64,000 nucleotides of DNA from Macrostomum hystrix (lineage: Eukaryota; Animalia; Platyhelminthes). Positions 61,606 through 64,000 of the stretch are shown piece by piece; positions within the stretch are counted from its first letter, which is position 1; every line of letters starts with the position of its first letter. The stretch spans positions 620,001 to 684,000 of the forward strand of contig CATNEN010000005.1 of the NCBI GenBank assembly GCA_950097015.1. Reading direction: 5' to 3'. Both the position numbers and the translations under genes were made by a program. The notes under the pieces are model-generated. The model worked only from the letters and a program-made list of their open reading frames with translations, made no database searches and had not been told where the DNA came from.

Positions 61606-62590
61606 GCCTATTATAAGAAAAAAAATAACAAAATTGTTTTTGTGGGCCCTTGTCTTCTTTCTGATGGTTTTCTTTTAAATTTCTATTCTAGTACTGCCAC
61701 CAAGTTGTTGTCTGGCTCCTCTTACAAATTTTTACTTCTGATTAGATACTTTGTTGTATATGTTTTTAGAATAGATAAAGAGCCCTATTGAAGTGAATAG
61801 GGTTTTTGCGGACAGCGTTCGGCGCGCTTGTGAAAAATTGCCTGCACAGCTGCGCAGAAATAAATTCCTGTCCGCGTAGCTGCGCCTTGTGTGTGTAAAG
61901 TTGTGGTAAGTATGTAGATGTATAACAAACAGTGCGCCCTTCCTCTGCAGTGCCCGAGTGCAAAAAGACAACCTTAGCTGTTCTAATTATAGAAATACAC
62001 TACAGAGATAAAAAGGTCATTTGGTATGAGTCCGTATTTTTGCGAAATCACCACGTACCTGTTCTATTTTCAGAAATACACTATGGAGATCAAAAAAGGT
62101 CTTTCGGCATTTTTTCGTGAAATCAATTACTACATTGAGTCAGACTGAAGATATATAGCAATTGCTGATTTGCACTCTTTCTTGAAACCAACTGCGTGCC
62201 TAGCAGGAGTGTCCGCAGCTTTTTTAAATTCGCTCCATTTGGGATAAAGAGGATAGCAATGAAAGGCTCTAAAATGGAGCCAGAGGTCAATCCTTGAACC
62301 AAACCTACTTATTTCTACAGAGAAATCTACAAAGAGCTCTTCAAGCATAAAACAGTTAGATAAAAAGCCATAGCAACTACTAAAGCTATTTCGAAGAAAG
62401 TCCATGGACTGGGTAGGGCTACTATACTTAACATTTCTAAGCTAGGTGAACTCGAGCAAATTGCTAAGTACATGTCTTGCTTTTAAACAATTACCGTTTC
62501 AAATTATTTTAAGCTACAAGCTACTTGCTTGATTTGTGGTTAAATGAATAAACAGTTGATTTCATCGCTTATGTGCCAATTTGTCTGCAG

Positions 62591-62859
62591 ACAAACAGCG
62601 CCGATTGAAGCAGGCCAAGCAGGAGGCAGCCACGGAGATTGACGCCTTCAAGAAGGAACGCGAACAAAACTTTAAAGAGCATGAAGCGAAGATTCTCGGC
62701 TCCAGAACCGACTCAGAGAAGCTGGTGCAAGAGGAGACTCGTCAACGCCTGAGCGAATTGGACACCAACGTTGCCCAGAACAAGGACGAAGCTATAAAGC
62801 GCCTACTAGAGTTGGTGTTCGATGTGCAGCCAAAGTTGCACGAGAATTTCAAACGATAA
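62591..62859 (+). CDS. ATP6V1G: V-type proton ATPase subunit G, exon 2
   Basis: Acceptor ctgcag|AC. Encodes KQRRLKQAKQEAATEIDAFKKERE...LLELVFDVQPKLHENFKR*. Total 117 aa. Confidence 0.95.
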
Positions 62860-64000
62860 ACTGATCTGGCTGATTCATGCATTGGATTGATTGGACAATA
62901 ATTCAGTAAGGGTCATGGGTTTGGAAATTATAAGACAGTGATTTGTAGTCTGTTTGATTATTTATTTATGATTTATTAAAGACTATCTAATTGGGATTAT
63001 TGTTAAAGAGATATAGTTCACAAAATTATTTTTTTCACTAATTCGACTTCCAGCAGTGCGCAATTAATTCTACACGCGTCTTCCCTTCAAATTTATTTAG
63101 CCAATCTAAAAATGTTGTCGTCTTCGGTAAAATTTCGCCGCTCTTATTTTCTTGTGGCATGCCGATTTTGTTTACATAAAGTACTGCTTTTTTGTTCTGA
63201 AATTGCCAAGTTACTTAGCAATCAATTGTTATCCTGCTATAGCTATTTCTTCAACTAAATCTACTCTCGTCAGATTCCTTGATTTGTCTTCCCAATTTTG
63301 ATTTCGTTTATTCCACATGCTCGTATTAAATAAATAAATACATGAAGTTATCCTTGCGAATGCTATATTTCTGGTAATATACAGGTGAACAATACTATAG
63401 ATTAACGTTTTAGTTATGAGAACAAAAGATAAACAAAACTGACTTGCTATTATTTCTAGATTCAATTCTATTCAGCATCGGCACATCTAAGTTCTCATAA
63501 AGCCACATCAGGGCTTTTTGTGAAGCAAAATGAACAATATTCGCTCGTGACTATATATATTTATTTTTATATGAAAGATTGCCCGCCCTTAAATTCTTTT
63601 TAATTCCTTAACTCTCCTGTCCTCTCTTATCTACTCCAGCTCTCCTCAGCTAGACACTTCTCTCCTCAACCATACTCAACTCTAAGCTTCTCTCTTCTCT
63701 ACTCTCCTCTTTACTCACATCTGGTTGCACTTTATGAAAATTTCTTGTTATTTCCTATTTGGTTCGATTGCCTAAAAAACAAAGAAAATATACTAATTAA
63801 GGGTAGTTAAAATAAGAGAACTTAAAAATCTGGTTAACATTATTAACTACCCGGCTCATTTCCCTGTGAAAATGCTATAATTGACCGCGAGTACTGGATA
63901 CCCTAGGCTGTATTAAGCTTTTTTATTTTTATTGACTGTAGATGAAGCATCCTGAAGTATTTTAGTAGCATCTGAAAGAAATTGCGAGCTCGTTTATTGT

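Overview
Eukaryotic (invertebrate animal) genomic DNA, not prokaryotic. GC-rich exons with GT-AG introns and Q/A/P low-complexity tracts sit in AT-rich spacers; a flatworm-like lophotrochozoan is only a guess. Seven spliced genes were reconstructed by hand with phase-consistent junctions: an SLC16/MCT-like MFS transporter (+, 5' part outside the window), a TMEM196-like protein (-), SOCS7 (+), TM9SF3 (+), an atypical class A GPCR (+, start codon not found), an unrecognised ~328-aa protein (-) and V-ATPase subunit G (+), the last two head-to-head. The dominant feature is more than 30 distinct minisatellite arrays (units about 10-84 bp). They fill almost every intron up to the splice signals, fall into related families, often have hairpin-forming units and show higher-order repeats. 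Also present are tRNA-derived SINEs and two TIR-bounded non-autonomous DNA elements. The most unusual signals are: (i) exact 47-bp and 17-bp copies of the SOCS7 terminal exon/3' region embedded in the upstream intronic satellite next to fold-back inversions; (ii) a tRNA-like Pol III unit enclosed in a ~100-bp inverted repeat; (iii) a GPCR missing three canonical activation motifs. Coordinates and counts were done by eye; array boundaries are approximate.
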